From: Nitrososphaerales archaeon
GTDB lineage: Archaea > Thermoproteota > Nitrososphaeria > Nitrososphaerales > JACPRH01
Reading direction: 5' to 3'
Assembly (NCBI GenBank): GCA_030745655.1
Contig: JASLOE010000003.1
Location: 4,165 to 68,164, forward strand
Length of the DNA stretch: 64,000 nt
Numbering within the stretch: the first letter of the stretch is position 1; the number at the start of each line of letters is the position of its first letter. Position numbers and translations under genes: made by a program. The notes beneath the pieces were generated by a model. It made no database searches. It was not told the DNA's origin and worked only from the letters and a program-made list of their open reading frames with translations. Positions 19,807-29,885 of the stretch are shown here, piece by piece.

Positions 19807-20382
19807 TTAGGTGTTAGCAATATACCAAGATGCAAACCTCTTCAAAGCCATTGACCTGTGAGAATACTTGTTCTTTTCCTCTAATCCGAGTTCTCCGAAA
19901 GTTCTATCTAATTGTTCTGGAATAAATATTGGATCAAAACCAAATCCTCGGTATCCAAACATCTTTCTCGATATCTTTCCCTTTACAATTCCTTTGAAAA
20001 TTTTGATAGTTGGTGTTTCAGCATCCTTGGCATAAGCTATTACAGATTTAAATTCTGCAGTTCTATTCTCAACACTTTCTAGAAGCTTTAAAATCCACTT
20101 GCAGCCAAGAGTCTTATGTACATAGGCTGAATAGGCACCTGGAAAACCATTTAATTCCTTAATAAAAAGCCCGGCATCTTCCATAATAATAGGTCCAGAA
20201 ACTCTGGTTTGAGCTTCTTTAACCGATGTTTTTCCTATTATTTCAATTTCATCGTTCTGTATCTCTTGTATCTTTGTTTTATCCATTTCAAGTTCAAAGT
20301 TATATTCAGAAAGGATTAATTTTGCCTCTTGAAATTTGTTTAGATTTCCAGTCACAAACTTTATCTTCTTTTCATCATTCAA
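19807..20382 (-). CDS. Non-canonical purine NTP pyrophosphatase (HAM1/RdgB/ITPase)
   Basis: 191 aa. FVTGNLNKFQEA, EDAGLFI..LNGFPGAYS, GFGFDPIF and SHRSMAL motifs. Confidence 0.9.
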   Translation of the reverse strand: MNDEKKIKFVTGNLNKFQEAKLILSEYNFELEMDKTKIQEIQNDEIEIIGKTSVKEAQTRVSGPIIMEDAGLFIKELNGFPGAYSAYVHKTLGCKWILKLLESVENRTAEFKSVIAYAKDAETPTIKIFKGIVKGKISRKMFGYRGFGFDPIFIPEQLDRTFGELGLEEKNKYSHRSMALKRFASWYIANT

Positions 20383-21037
20383 CTCGTTTATACCTCCCTC
20401 TTCGCTCCACGACTTTTATTCTTTCAAGTAATCGAAGTGAATTCGATTTGCTTGCAATTTCCTGATAACCCTGTAAAACAGCATGCATAATATTTTCAGC
20501 ATAATTATTGTGTGCACTCTGAACCACCATATTCAAAAGATGAATATCAATAGCTCTATCCTCTAGTCTTTGGGAGTAGAATGATAATCCAAAATCCATC
20601 ATAACGAGTTTATCATGTGATATAACAAAATTGGATGTGGTTAGGTCACCATGAATCATGTCTACTTTGTGAAGACGCGCTACATATCGTCCCACTTCTG
20701 TACACCATTTCAATGAAATATCTTCATCATCAGATTCTATAATTTCCTTCAAACTTCTTCCAGGTATAAACTGCATAATTATCTCCGCTTTAATTAAATC
20801 AACAAAGTAGACAAGTGGGGTTGTTATACCTGCACGTTTAGCTTCTCTGAGGAATAAAGCTTCACGTCGAGTTCTTGATTCCCGTAACTTGATGTCAAGA
20901 TTTAATTGTCTAAAGGTCTTAAGAATCCTAGCTTTACGAATAACTTCATCTCCGAACCATTCTGTACGATAAAGTGATGCCTCAGCTCCTTTCTTCAGAA
21001 GCTTTTCCAATTTATGACTACCTCGTCCAACCGCCAA
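20375..21037 (-). CDS. bud32: Bud32-type Kae1-associated protein kinase (KEOPS)
   Basis: 220 aa. KKGAEASLY...RILKTFR and catalytic MIHGDLTTSNF and MMDFGLS. The 5' end overlaps the kae1 3' end by 43 nt in another frame. Confidence 0.85.
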   Translation of the reverse strand: MAVGRGSHKLEKLLKKGAEASLYRTEWFGDEVIRKARILKTFRQLNLDIKLRESRTRREALFLREAKRAGITTPLVYFVDLIKAEIIMQFIPGRSLKEIIESDDEDISLKWCTEVGRYVARLHKVDMIHGDLTTSNFVISHDKLVMMDFGLSFYSQRLEDRAIDIHLLNMVVQSAHNNYAENIMHAVLQGYQEIASKSNSLRLLERIKVVERRGRYKRVE

Positions 21038-22047
21038 GATGGCTTAACTAAACTATCGGATATATTCAATTTAATTCCAGCTTTGAATTCTTGAAGTCCA
21101 TTCCAGGATATTTGGGCTCCGCAATCACCGCTAAATATCTTTGGAACAGAATAAAACTTGGCTTTATGAATTTTGCAGACCTCTTGAAGCATATTTTGAA
21201 GTCTATTATTTGCAGCCACCCCGCCAACAAGTAACAATTCATCTTTTTCTGTAAATACTAAAGCTCTTTCAACTGACTCAGTCAGCATAGCGAAACCAGT
21301 TTCCTGGATTGAGAAACAAATATCCTCAAGATTCTTTTTATCATGAAATAGTCGTTTTGAAGCTGTAAGAAGGCCTGAGAAAGATACGTCATTCCCTTTG
21401 ATGGTGTAAGGAAGGTCAATATAATTTTGAGATTTCTTGGCATATTCTTCAAATGTTTTACCGAACGGAGAACTAAATCCAGCAGTGCGTCCAAATTGAT
21501 CAATCAACTGGCCAATAGTTATATCTAGTGTTTCACCAAAGACTCTCCAACGTTCAGAAGTTAATGAAGTAATTACTGTATGACCACCAGATACCAGAAG
21601 AACAAGAGGATCTGAAGGCCTAGTCAGCATAGCTGCAAGCTCAATATGAGCTACTGCATGATTTACTGGTATTAGGGGTAAATGGAAATAAGCACTGATA
21701 GATCTAGCTACTACAGCACCTACTCGAAGGCATGGACCAAGTCCAGGTCCCTGCGAGAAAGATACTATATCAACACTTTCAATTGGCTTTTTAGCTTCTT
21801 TTAGAGCTTCTGCTACGGTAGTAGCTGCAACCTTAGCATGATGCCTTGATGCTTCCCTCGGATGAATTCCTTTACCTTTTTCAGGTTGATATATACTCCT
21901 TATGTCGGAGAGAATTTCAGGCTTAGCGCTTCCTCGCTGAGAGATTATGGAAACACCGAAGGTATGAGCGGTAGACTCTATACCAAGACAAGTAATCTCC
22001 AGTCTAGAGTCTTCTTGTTCTCCTGTAGAGATTTCCAAGGATTTCAA
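20995..22047 (-). CDS. kae1: tRNA N6-adenosine threonylcarbamoyltransferase Kae1 (KEOPS)
   Basis: 350 aa. LGIESTAHTFGVS, SQGPGLGPCLRVG, NHAVAHIE, SGGHT and GGVAANNRL. The track start is TTG, 20 codons upstream of the conserved LGIE core and overlapping the preceding ORF. Confidence 0.95.
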   Translation of the reverse strand: MKSLEISTGEQEDSRLEITCLGIESTAHTFGVSIISQRGSAKPEILSDIRSIYQPEKGKGIHPREASRHHAKVAATTVAEALKEAKKPIESVDIVSFSQGPGLGPCLRVGAVVARSISAYFHLPLIPVNHAVAHIELAAMLTRPSDPLVLLVSGGHTVITSLTSERWRVFGETLDITIGQLIDQFGRTAGFSSPFGKTFEEYAKKSQNYIDLPYTIKGNDVSFSGLLTASKRLFHDKKNLEDICFSIQETGFAMLTESVERALVFTEKDELLLVGGVAANNRLQNMLQEVCKIHKAKFYSVPKIFSGDCGAQISWNGLQEFKAGIKLNISDSLVKPSWRLDEVVINWKSF

Positions 22048-22531
22048 TCTGTGGTCTTACTTCCTGTTGATAATTTTGAAATATTGCTTTTTCGAATTTA
22101 ATAACTTCTTCACTCGCAATATGATGCTTAGCTGCATATACTATTCCACGACTTTTTTCAATATCACGACAAAGTTCTGGTATCAATATGATAGCTGCAA
22201 AGCCAAATATTTCCTCCTTATTCCTAAGTGTTATAGACCATAACGAAAACAAGTTTTTTCTTGATGTTTTCTGTTTGACCTCAATTCTCCTAACCTCTTC
22301 AAATCTTCTTTTAGATAATAATTGCATAACTTCCTTCAGCAGGTCCATTTCAACAACTTTCTTATGTATAGATTTCAATAGAAAATTAGATCTATGAATA
22401 TTCCTAGTCACCATACTCCAATCTGTAGAATGTACTGGAGATTTAGATGTTAATAACATATTATTCTTCAATTCATGTATTAGAATACTCTCTAATTTGC
22501 GAGAATATTCTTGATGTATAGATATTTTCAT
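22004..22531 (-). CDS. Hypothetical protein (first gene of the kae1-bud32 transcription unit)
   Basis: 175-aa basic ORF with no motif I recognise. Its TAG stop lies 1 nt before the CTG GAG ATT ACT TGT CTT GGT (LEITCLG) core start region of kae1. Confidence 0.4.
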   Translation of the reverse strand: MKISIHQEYSRKLESILIHELKNNMLLTSKSPVHSTDWSMVTRNIHRSNFLLKSIHKKVVEMDLLKEVMQLLSKRRFEEVRRIEVKQKTSRKNLFSLWSITLRNKEEIFGFAAIILIPELCRDIEKSRGIVYAAKHHIASEEVIKFEKAIFQNYQQEVRPQIEILGNLYRRTRRL

Positions 22532-22593
22532 ATCCTTAAGACCTGTATCAGATTTTTATCAGGGTTTCTATTAACTATTCGAAATAATTTATA

Positions 22594-23061
22594 ATGGAGA
22601 CTTTATCTTCTAGTAGAGGATTGAAAAAATCTATTCTTGCTTCTGCTGAAATTAAATTTCTCATCCAAGCAACAGAAGATGAAAAAAGATTTACTGACGA
22701 GGTTTCGAAAGTACTGAAAATTCCTGTAGAGAAGTTTGATAAGTCTTTATTGGATGGACATTTTGGAAACCCAATTGCAGCCTTTAGAGTACATTTAAGA
22801 GGAGAATATGCGGATAAGTTTGGAAATGGAATATTGAGTTTCTTTAAAGAAGAAGAGAAAAAAAAATTATTATTAGAAATTTCGAATCATATCGATAAGC
22901 ATGGTTCATTATACCTAAGAATTGATAAACAAAGTATCTTCGACAAAAGATTGATTCAATCACAAATCGACCCAGTAAGAATAAAATTGAAACTTCGATT
23001 CAAGGCACCTCTTCCGAAAATGATAGAATCTTTTTGGAGTGTACTATCAATTTCTAAATAA
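22594..23061 (+). CDS. Hypothetical; resembles the archaeal DUF54/COG1325 predicted exosome-associated RNA-binding protein
   Basis: 155 aa. EIKFLIQATEDEKRF near the N-terminus recalls the hpTED.ekV signature of that family. Weak, from memory only. Confidence 0.4.
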   Translation: METLSSSRGLKKSILASAEIKFLIQATEDEKRFTDEVSKVLKIPVEKFDKSLLDGHFGNPIAAFRVHLRGEYADKFGNGILSFFKEEEKKKLLLEISNHIDKHGSLYLRIDKQSIFDKRLIQSQIDPVRIKLKLRFKAPLPKMIESFWSVLSISK

Positions 23062-23190
23062 GCACAATATGATGAAAATAGGTTCCAACAATTGAAGAAG
23101 AGATTACACTGATCTAAGAATTATTAAAACAAGTGTATAGATTATGAGATGGGTATAAAGATATTTACTACTTATTAACAATAGAAAATA

Positions 23191-23862
23191 ATGCATCCCA
23201 TAACCCCTAACCAGATGGATAAAATAGACACCAACAGTGAAAAGCTTGGTATTCCACGTATTTTACTTATGGAGAACGCTGGGAGTGTATTAGCTGACCA
23301 CATCATTAATCATGTAAAGGAATTAGATTCCAGAAAAGTGGTAGTAGTTGCAGGAACAGGAAATAATGGAGGAGATGGTTTTGTTGCAGCAAGACATCTA
23401 GCTGGTTATAGTAAAGAGATATCAGTGATTTTACTTGGAAACAAAATGAAGACTAAAGAATCAACTCTTAATTGGAACGGAATTAAGAATATGTATAAGA
23501 CTATAAAACTTCTAACAACAGACGAATTTGATTTTGAAAAAAAAATGAAACCCATCATATTGGAAGCAGATATAATTATAGATGCGATATTTGGCACTGG
23601 AATCAAAGGTTTACCTAGGAAATTGCATTCAAATGCTATAAATCTGATAAACGATTCTAAAGCATACATCTTATCTGTAGATGTTCCTTCTGGATTAGAT
23701 CCTTTGACAGGAGAAGTGAATAATATATCAGTAATTGCGAACGAAACCATAACATTTCACAGATTTAAGATAGGTCTTCTGAAACGTAAAGATATTACTG
23801 GGAAAATTATCTTAAAATCAATTGGGATACCTCCAGAAGCCGAGGAAGGAATTATGAATTGA
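23191..23862 (+). CDS. NAD(P)H-hydrate epimerase (YjeF N-terminal domain only)
   Basis: 223 aa. VVVAGTGNNGGDGFVAARHL, DAIFGTGIKG and VDVPSGLD motifs. No C-terminal dehydratase domain. Confidence 0.85.
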   Translation: MHPITPNQMDKIDTNSEKLGIPRILLMENAGSVLADHIINHVKELDSRKVVVVAGTGNNGGDGFVAARHLAGYSKEISVILLGNKMKTKESTLNWNGIKNMYKTIKLLTTDEFDFEKKMKPIILEADIIIDAIFGTGIKGLPRKLHSNAINLINDSKAYILSVDVPSGLDPLTGEVNNISVIANETITFHRFKIGLLKRKDITGKIILKSIGIPPEAEEGIMN

Positions 23863-24473
23863 TTTTCGCACAAGTAAAGGTTGGACATATGAAAAATTTT
23901 AGCTACATAATTGGTGATGATAAAACTCATTTGGGAGTGATAATTGATCCTGGTTTTGATACAGAAAAGATCCTCAATAAAGCATCTCAAATGAAACTGA
24001 CGATAAAATACTTGATAGATACTCATGAACATCCTGACCATATTTCTGGAAATATGGATCTTTCAGAAAAAACTGGAGCCAAAATAGTAGCACATAAGGA
24101 TGCGAAAATAAAAAAAGACTTGGCAGTTAAAGATGAAGAGATTATTCGTGTTGGAGAAACGAACCTCAAAGTGTTACATACACCTGGTCATTCACCAGGA
24201 AGCATTTGTTTATTAGTAGATAACAAACTTATCACAGGAGACACACTCTTCGTCGGAGAATGTGGAAGAATAGACCTTCCAGGTGGAAATGCAGAAGATC
24301 TTTATCACAGCTTCTTTGATAAGATATTAAAGATAAGTGACAATGTTGAGATCTATCCTGGACATGATTATGGTCTTAAACCATTTTCTTCCATAGGATT
24401 TGAGAGAAAATATAACTATGTCTTAAGACCTAGAACGAAAGAAGAGTTTGTTAGGTTTATGAAAAACTCTTAA
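23859..24473 (+). CDS. MBL-fold metallo-hydrolase (glyoxalase II-like)
   Basis: 204 aa. IDTHEHPDHISG metal motif, HTPGHSPGS and GDTLFVGECGR. Confidence 0.85.
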   Translation: MIFAQVKVGHMKNFSYIIGDDKTHLGVIIDPGFDTEKILNKASQMKLTIKYLIDTHEHPDHISGNMDLSEKTGAKIVAHKDAKIKKDLAVKDEEIIRVGETNLKVLHTPGHSPGSICLLVDNKLITGDTLFVGECGRIDLPGGNAEDLYHSFFDKILKISDNVEIYPGHDYGLKPFSSIGFERKYNYVLRPRTKEEFVRFMKNS

Positions 24474-24725
24474 TCAAATTTGTTCTAAAGTAAATGTGAA
24501 TCTTGCACCTTCAAACTCAGTTGTTCCAACTTTTTCCCAATTAATTTTAAATGTTTTACTTACCTGCTTACCTTTCACTATTACTTTTCTTGGTAATCCT
24601 TTGAATAGTTGTTCAACCTTCTGTTTATCTTTAGTTGCCAGCAAGCTGCGTCTCCTTTTCATAAAATATTTAGTGGCCACGCTCTTATGTGCGTATCCTT
24701 CTATGGATATTTCTTCATCTTCCAT
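24474..24725 (-). CDS. Hypothetical small basic protein
   Basis: 83-aa ORF filling the gap between convergent genes. No recognisable motif and no C-terminal GG. Confidence 0.35.
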   Translation of the reverse strand: MEDEEISIEGYAHKSVATKYFMKRRRSLLATKDKQKVEQLFKGLPRKVIVKGKQVSKTFKINWEKVGTTEFEGARFTFTLEQI

Positions 24726-24852
24726 ATCTAAAAAAAACTGTCTTTTAGAGAATTTGAATGCACCTTAATTTAATAAACATCATAATTGACTAATTGCTAC
24801 ATTACTCATATAAAGGATTTCAAAAAACCCAGTTATTTGATGCGATAAAATT

Positions 24853-25440
24853 TTGAAAACACTGCTTGTCAACAATTATCTTACAAAGCCCTCTAAAATT
24901 ATTAGATTACAACAAGAAATTGCTAGAATAACAGATGATAGTCCCAAAGTTCTTCATGTTTCAAATGTAGAGGGCTTTAACGCAGAAAAGTTTAGTGCAG
25001 TAGTTTTAAGCGGTGGAGAAGCACCACTAAATTGGCCTGAAGTAATTGAAACTTATTCTAAAGTAGCTTCTTGGATAAGGAAGATTAGAAAACCAATTCT
25101 TGGAATATGTTTTGGACATCAATTACTTGGTTTTGCATTTGGTGGAAGGGTAGCACGGTTTAACAGAAAATTTGAAGGATACCAGGAAATAAATATTTTA
25201 AATCATGATAATATATTTCGTGGTCTACCTAATAGGATAAATGTGTATATGTCAAATAAACGAGTGGTAGTCAAAGTTATGCAGGACTTTGAGCTTTTAG
25301 CTAAAGGTTCAGCGTATCAAGTTGAAGCATTCAAACATAAAAATCATAATGTTTTTGGCGTCCAATTTCACCCTGAATGTTATTCTAAAGATTTTTCTCA
25401 CGGGAAAAAAATATTGGAAAACTTTTTTGAAATAGTGTAA
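24853..25440 (+). CDS. Class I glutamine amidotransferase (GMP synthase subunit A-like)
   Basis: 195 aa. Nucleophile elbow PILGICFGHQLL and VFGVQFHPE. TTG start. Confidence 0.75.
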   Translation: MKTLLVNNYLTKPSKIIRLQQEIARITDDSPKVLHVSNVEGFNAEKFSAVVLSGGEAPLNWPEVIETYSKVASWIRKIRKPILGICFGHQLLGFAFGGRVARFNRKFEGYQEINILNHDNIFRGLPNRINVYMSNKRVVVKVMQDFELLAKGSAYQVEAFKHKNHNVFGVQFHPECYSKDFSHGKKILENFFEIV

Positions 25441-25485
25441 CTCTTCCGATTAGTTCTTATTTAGAAGAGTTCTGTTGGTCATATC

Positions 25486-25866
25486 TTGTCAAAACGTGTG
25501 ATTATCAAGCGAGATGTTGTAGATGGATTGCTAAGCTACTGTCATAACGTTCATCCTAGAGAAGCTATACTTCTAGTAAGAGGGAAGAAATTGAAGGATG
25601 AGATCCAGATTAATGCCTTGATGATTCCACCGCTTCCTGTTCATAGTGAAACATTCACATCGTTCCCAATTCATATGCTACCAATAGACCCAGCAATACT
25701 TGGAACAGCCCATTCTCATCCTAACGGAGTACTAAGACCTTCTTTAGAAGACCTTAACAATTATTTTGGGAGAGTTATGTTAATAATTGGGTTTCCTTAT
25801 ATGAGTAAAAATGATATTTCGGTATTTGACAGAGAAGGTAATAGAGCAGTATTCACAGTGATATAG
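25486..25866 (+). CDS. JAB1/MPN/Mov34 (JAMM) metalloprotease
   Basis: 126 aa. Upstream glutamate (HPREAILL) and the JAMM motif HSHPNGVLRPSLEDL. TTG start. Confidence 0.8.
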   Translation: MSKRVIIKRDVVDGLLSYCHNVHPREAILLVRGKKLKDEIQINALMIPPLPVHSETFTSFPIHMLPIDPAILGTAHSHPNGVLRPSLEDLNNYFGRVMLIIGFPYMSKNDISVFDREGNRAVFTVI

Positions 25867-25939
25867 ATAAAAAAAAACATTTAGTGTTATAATTAAATAA
25901 AATCCAGAAAAAATATGTTAATACGGATATAAAAATAGG

Positions 25940-26665
25940 TTATATGTCATCATTTTCTTGTTTGCTCCAATAAGCTATTGCATCATGAATGTGTATAGAC
26001 TCAAAAGATCTAACCTTTATCAAGGTAGCCGCTGAAAACTTCGATAAACATTCTCGAACAACATCCTCAGCAAATTTAGCATTAGATTGAGCCTCTTGAA
26101 TCTTTTCTCCTTCATCTTCACGCTTAAGATGCTCTTTTGGAACACTGGAAAAACATGCACCCATTTTCTCTGCGACATTATCAAAGTCTTGGAGATCACT
26201 ACTTACCATTGTTAAGGTTAATTCAGCACGTTGCATGTGCCCTATCCCAACCATAACTTTACTGCATGGGCAAGCAGTAATTCCAGTACGTCTAAAGGTA
26301 TAACTAATGTTTCCCTTCTCTCTCATCTCAATAGTTATAGGGATGAATTGGTCTTCATAGGAGTACTCGATTTCACAAATAATTCTACAACCCGGTTGTG
26401 TTCTATTTACTTCTTTGCAAATATCTCTCATTGAATATTCTATTCGTTCGTTTTCACTATTATTCTGAATAGCAGCTACTAACCTACTCATATGAACACC
26501 ACGTTGATTTTGGGTTGGAACAAGAATTGCATATTTTATAGGAAGCATCCAACCTTTTCCTTTGTGAATATGAATTAAATTACCCACGCCACCTAAAACA
26601 TTAATCTCAGCATATTCTTGATGAACATCGTGTAACTCTGTTTTTTCTAATTTCTTGTTTAACAC
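25940..26665 (-). CDS. mptA: GTP cyclohydrolase, FolE2/MptA family
   Basis: 241 aa. RGVHMSRL and ITACPCSK motifs characteristic of GTP cyclohydrolase IB/MptA. Confidence 0.75.
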   Translation of the reverse strand: MLNKKLEKTELHDVHQEYAEINVLGGVGNLIHIHKGKGWMLPIKYAILVPTQNQRGVHMSRLVAAIQNNSENERIEYSMRDICKEVNRTQPGCRIICEIEYSYEDQFIPITIEMREKGNISYTFRRTGITACPCSKVMVGIGHMQRAELTLTMVSSDLQDFDNVAEKMGACFSSVPKEHLKREDEGEKIQEAQSNAKFAEDVVRECLSKFSAATLIKVRSFESIHIHDAIAYWSKQENDDI

Positions 26666-26793
26666 TATCTACAAATAAGAATCCCTAGCTTATTAAGTTC
26701 TAACGAAGGAATAAGTATTGCAGCTTATGCTGATAGTTACTTATGAATGGAACTGTTAGGAAAGACGTGACAATAATTAAGGAGATTTGGAGA

Positions 26794-28809
26794 CTAGACA
26801 CCCAAAGTATCCGCTACATCTTTGAGATCTAAAGATTCTAGTCGAGCTCGGGTAGGTATACCAGTCTTTGGATCCCAACCCATATATGAATAGAAATCAT
26901 CTTTTACTTTCTCCCAAGCTACTCTGTCTACTGGGTTTCCACGTCTATCAGGATTATTAAAGAAGAAATTACTGAACGTATCATTTTCACGTCGTCTACC
27001 CATCCTGACCATAATCGCCCTTTCAAGATTAACTACCCGATATGAATCTTCCATAAGTTGATCAATTGTTTTTTCTATGCCAGTTGCAGCTGAGAATACT
27101 TGAGCCTCAACAGTAAGATCTCCAAGATGTCGTCCTTCTTCTTCCTCTCCCTCTTCTTTAAAGAATGGCTCAACAGTTAGAATTGGGAAAAACCAATCAC
27201 AGAAACCTATCGAGTCGTTCATACATCCACGAGTATAAGCAATTGATGCTGCTTGTGCTTTACCATCATATGTGAATGGGTTAGCAGACTCCTCGTTTCC
27301 GTAAATAGATTTTGCAATATCTGGTTTAGCGTAAGGTTCACGAGTGAAACTACAATTTGAATATGGGTCTCTAGAACCAATCGCCCACATCAACTGCCCA
27401 ATAGGATTCGCATAGCCTGTCGGGTCAGCTGGTCCTCTGGCTGTTCCTATATAGAACCAGTGTTGTCGTGATCCAGAGGCTACATACCTTTCTTCGTATA
27501 GCTCCCAGACTCTATTGCCAAATTTCTCTTTGAGTTGTTTAGCTGCTCTGTATAATCCATCAGCCAATAGATTCCCAAATTCACCTTCTCGGTTAGCTAT
27601 CATCCCAAAGAGGTTATCAGCAAACTCTTTACTCCCCATATCTTCAATATTGGAAATCCCAGTATTTTCCTCAAATTCTGCCTGAGTTGATCCAAAGATT
27701 TTCTCCTTCCAGCAAGCCCAGAGCCAAGAAAGAATCCCTGTCAACTCATAGGCATTAATACCTAATTCATCCGCTAATCTTATCCCATACCAAGTAGTTT
27801 CATCTTGTTGTCTATTAGAAAAGTCAGGATGCGGAGGTGCAACGGGTCCTACACCTTCCCAATTATTGTACATCTGAAGTTGAACACATTGTGCTTGACC
27901 TGGTGGGCTACCGGGAACGTCAAAAAATCCTCGACATCCAACTTGACAACCAAAACAACCATCAGCTCGTTTAACATATCCAGTTAAAAGCGATGGATCA
28001 CCTCCGTATAATCCTCCTGGACCACCAAATGGAGGAATAACAACGCGTGCTTCATGACGAATCATTCTTCGTATTTTGTATATGACTTCCATCATTCTTT
28101 GTGGATCTTTTGCTTTTACTGCACCTGATCCTCTTACCGAAATTGCTTTCAGATTTTTAGAACCCATTACACCTCCGAATCCTCCTTGACCTGCAGAGTC
28201 ACCAGAGTCATGCATTATACAGGCGATTCTACTACTGTTTTCTCCTGCAGGACCTATCATTACTGTCCTAATATTTATGGGATTATATCTCCCTGCTTCG
28301 GGTTTTTCAGCCATATCTGGAAAAGATCTTTCTGCTGCAATATCTGCTGCCAATTTCTTCTGCCCTTCTATGGCATCTAAGCCCCAATAGTTACTTGCAC
28401 TTCTTATCTCTACTTCTTCATCACGTATCAGAAGATAAACAGGTCGGCTTGCTTTTCCATGAACGATAACGCCATCATATCCAGCAAACTTAAGCTCTGC
28501 ACCCCAATGTCCACCAATAGCAGATGATGAAGGATATTCATCAGGATGAGAAGGAGCAAGTGCACCAATATTCCATCTACCGTTCATGGGAGAATTTGTA
28601 CCGGTTAATGAACTAGGAGCAAATATTAGTCTGTTTTCAGGATCAAGAGCTTTTGTTCCTTCTGGTACATCATCCCAAATCACTTTTGCTTCTAATCCTC
28701 GTCCTCCAAGAAAGTTCGGAAAATATCTATCGGAAGGAATTTTAGTGATTTTTTCGGATGTGAGGTCCACATCTAAAACTTTTCCAACCCAGCTATACCA
28801 ATCTGCCAA
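26794..28809 (-). CDS. aor: Aldehyde:ferredoxin oxidoreductase family protein (tungsto/molybdopterin enzyme)
   Basis: 671 aa. N-terminal GKVLDVDLTSEKI...FLGGRGL, FGCQVGC cluster-binding region and the typical AOR domain order. Confidence 0.9.
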   Translation of the reverse strand: MADWYSWVGKVLDVDLTSEKITKIPSDRYFPNFLGGRGLEAKVIWDDVPEGTKALDPENRLIFAPSSLTGTNSPMNGRWNIGALAPSHPDEYPSSSAIGGHWGAELKFAGYDGVIVHGKASRPVYLLIRDEEVEIRSASNYWGLDAIEGQKKLAADIAAERSFPDMAEKPEAGRYNPINIRTVMIGPAGENSSRIACIMHDSGDSAGQGGFGGVMGSKNLKAISVRGSGAVKAKDPQRMMEVIYKIRRMIRHEARVVIPPFGGPGGLYGGDPSLLTGYVKRADGCFGCQVGCRGFFDVPGSPPGQAQCVQLQMYNNWEGVGPVAPPHPDFSNRQQDETTWYGIRLADELGINAYELTGILSWLWACWKEKIFGSTQAEFEENTGISNIEDMGSKEFADNLFGMIANREGEFGNLLADGLYRAAKQLKEKFGNRVWELYEERYVASGSRQHWFYIGTARGPADPTGYANPIGQLMWAIGSRDPYSNCSFTREPYAKPDIAKSIYGNEESANPFTYDGKAQAASIAYTRGCMNDSIGFCDWFFPILTVEPFFKEEGEEEEGRHLGDLTVEAQVFSAATGIEKTIDQLMEDSYRVVNLERAIMVRMGRRRENDTFSNFFFNNPDRRGNPVDRVAWEKVKDDFYSYMGWDPKTGIPTRARLESLDLKDVADTLGV

Positions 28810-28946
28810 AAAAATAACTCACTTTAATACTAATAAGCCTAATTGCCAACTATATAAAAGATATTATGATTGAAATTTAATAAAAATGAATATTTTCTAT
28901 TACATACAATTACACTTAAACTAGCTAATTTGTAGGTTATGTAGAT

Positions 28947-29636
28947 TTGATATATCTTCTATTCGCACTTGTAGCTGCCGCTGCAGATATCTTAAGTGGA
29001 GCACTTGCCTTACATCCGAGATTTAGGGAAATAAGTAAAAGATATGCTATAGCAGTAGCTTCAGGCATAGTTATTTCAGCTGCATTTCTGGAGCTTCTTC
29101 CTGCAAGTGATATACAGAATAATGCTATCTTTGTGGTCCTAGGGTTTTTCTCATTCTACCTAGTGGAGAAAATCATAATGTTACATACATGCGGTGAAGA
29201 AGAGTGTGAATCCCACACTATGGGTTGGTCATCAGTTGTAGGTATGGCATCAGATAATTTAATTGATGGAGTAGGAATTGCCATAGCTTACTTAACAGAT
29301 CCCTCATTTGGATTGATTGTCACAATTGCTGTTGTTGTTCATGAAATTCCTCAAGGGATGGCATCTACTGTTTTGATGCAAAAAGTAGGATATAGTAGAA
29401 GACGAATATTAACTATATTATCCTTTGCAGGTGCAGCTTATCCTATTGGAGCATTAATCTCAGCCTTTATCCCTTCAGACCTCTATGTTGTAATTATTGC
29501 ATTTGTAGCTGGAGATTTCATATATATAGGAGCTGCAGATCTTTTAGGTGAAGCGCATAGACGGTTTAACTACAAGGTAGTAATTGCAACAATACTTGGA
29601 GCAATATTTTTCGTGATAATTGAAACACTAATCTAA
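28947..29636 (+). CDS. ZIP family divalent-metal transporter
   Basis: 229 aa, multi-TM. HEIPQGMA signature and a histidine/glutamate-rich loop HTCGEEECESH. TTG start. Confidence 0.85.
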   Translation: MIYLLFALVAAAADILSGALALHPRFREISKRYAIAVASGIVISAAFLELLPASDIQNNAIFVVLGFFSFYLVEKIIMLHTCGEEECESHTMGWSSVVGMASDNLIDGVGIAIAYLTDPSFGLIVTIAVVVHEIPQGMASTVLMQKVGYSRRRILTILSFAGAAYPIGALISAFIPSDLYVVIIAFVAGDFIYIGAADLLGEAHRRFNYKVVIATILGAIFFVIIETLI

Positions 29637-29684
29637 AATCCATGACAGTGGCTTTTTAACCATCACATTATTAAAAAAAGTTAT

Positions 29685-29759
29685 GCGGTCGTCGTCCAGT
29701 CTGGTCTAGGACATCAGCTTCCCAAGCTGGTAACTCGGGTTCAAATCCCGGCGACCGCA
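29685..29759 (+). tRNA. tRNA-Gly (anticodon CCC)
   Basis: Hand fold: GCGGTCG/CGACCGC acceptor, GTCC..GGAC D arm, TCAGC-TTCCCAA-GCTGG anticodon arm, TCGGG-TTCAAAT-CCCGG T arm. No encoded CCA. Confidence 0.85.
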
Positions 29760-29811
29760 TCTGAATAATTTGACAAACATTTAACTCAAAGAGTCATTTA
29801 GAGCAACCTGA

Positions 29812-29885
29812 GCGGTCGTCGTCCAGTCTGGTTAAGACACTAGCTTGCCAAGTTAGTAACCCGGGTTCAAATCCCGGCGACCGCA
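29812..29885 (+). tRNA. tRNA-Gly (anticodon GCC)
   Basis: Same acceptor and T arm as the upstream gene. Anticodon arm CTAGC-TTGCCAA-GTTAG. CCA is encoded at 29886-29888. Confidence 0.85.

Noticed and set aside
20375-22047. Kae1-Bud32 fusion protein
   Set aside because: The two ORFs are in different frames with a 43-nt overlap and a proper stop for kae1, so they are adjacent genes rather than a fusion, barring a frameshift error.
23069-23112. Possible C/D box sRNA: perfect C box ATGATGA (23069-23075) and CTGA (23109-23112) just after the stop of the 22594-23061 ORF
   Set aside because: It is only 44 nt end to end, too short for the usual C-guide-D'-C'-guide-D layout. The internal C'/D' boxes are poor (TGAAGA / ACAA) and no terminal stem is present. 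In AT-rich DNA these short motifs arise by chance.
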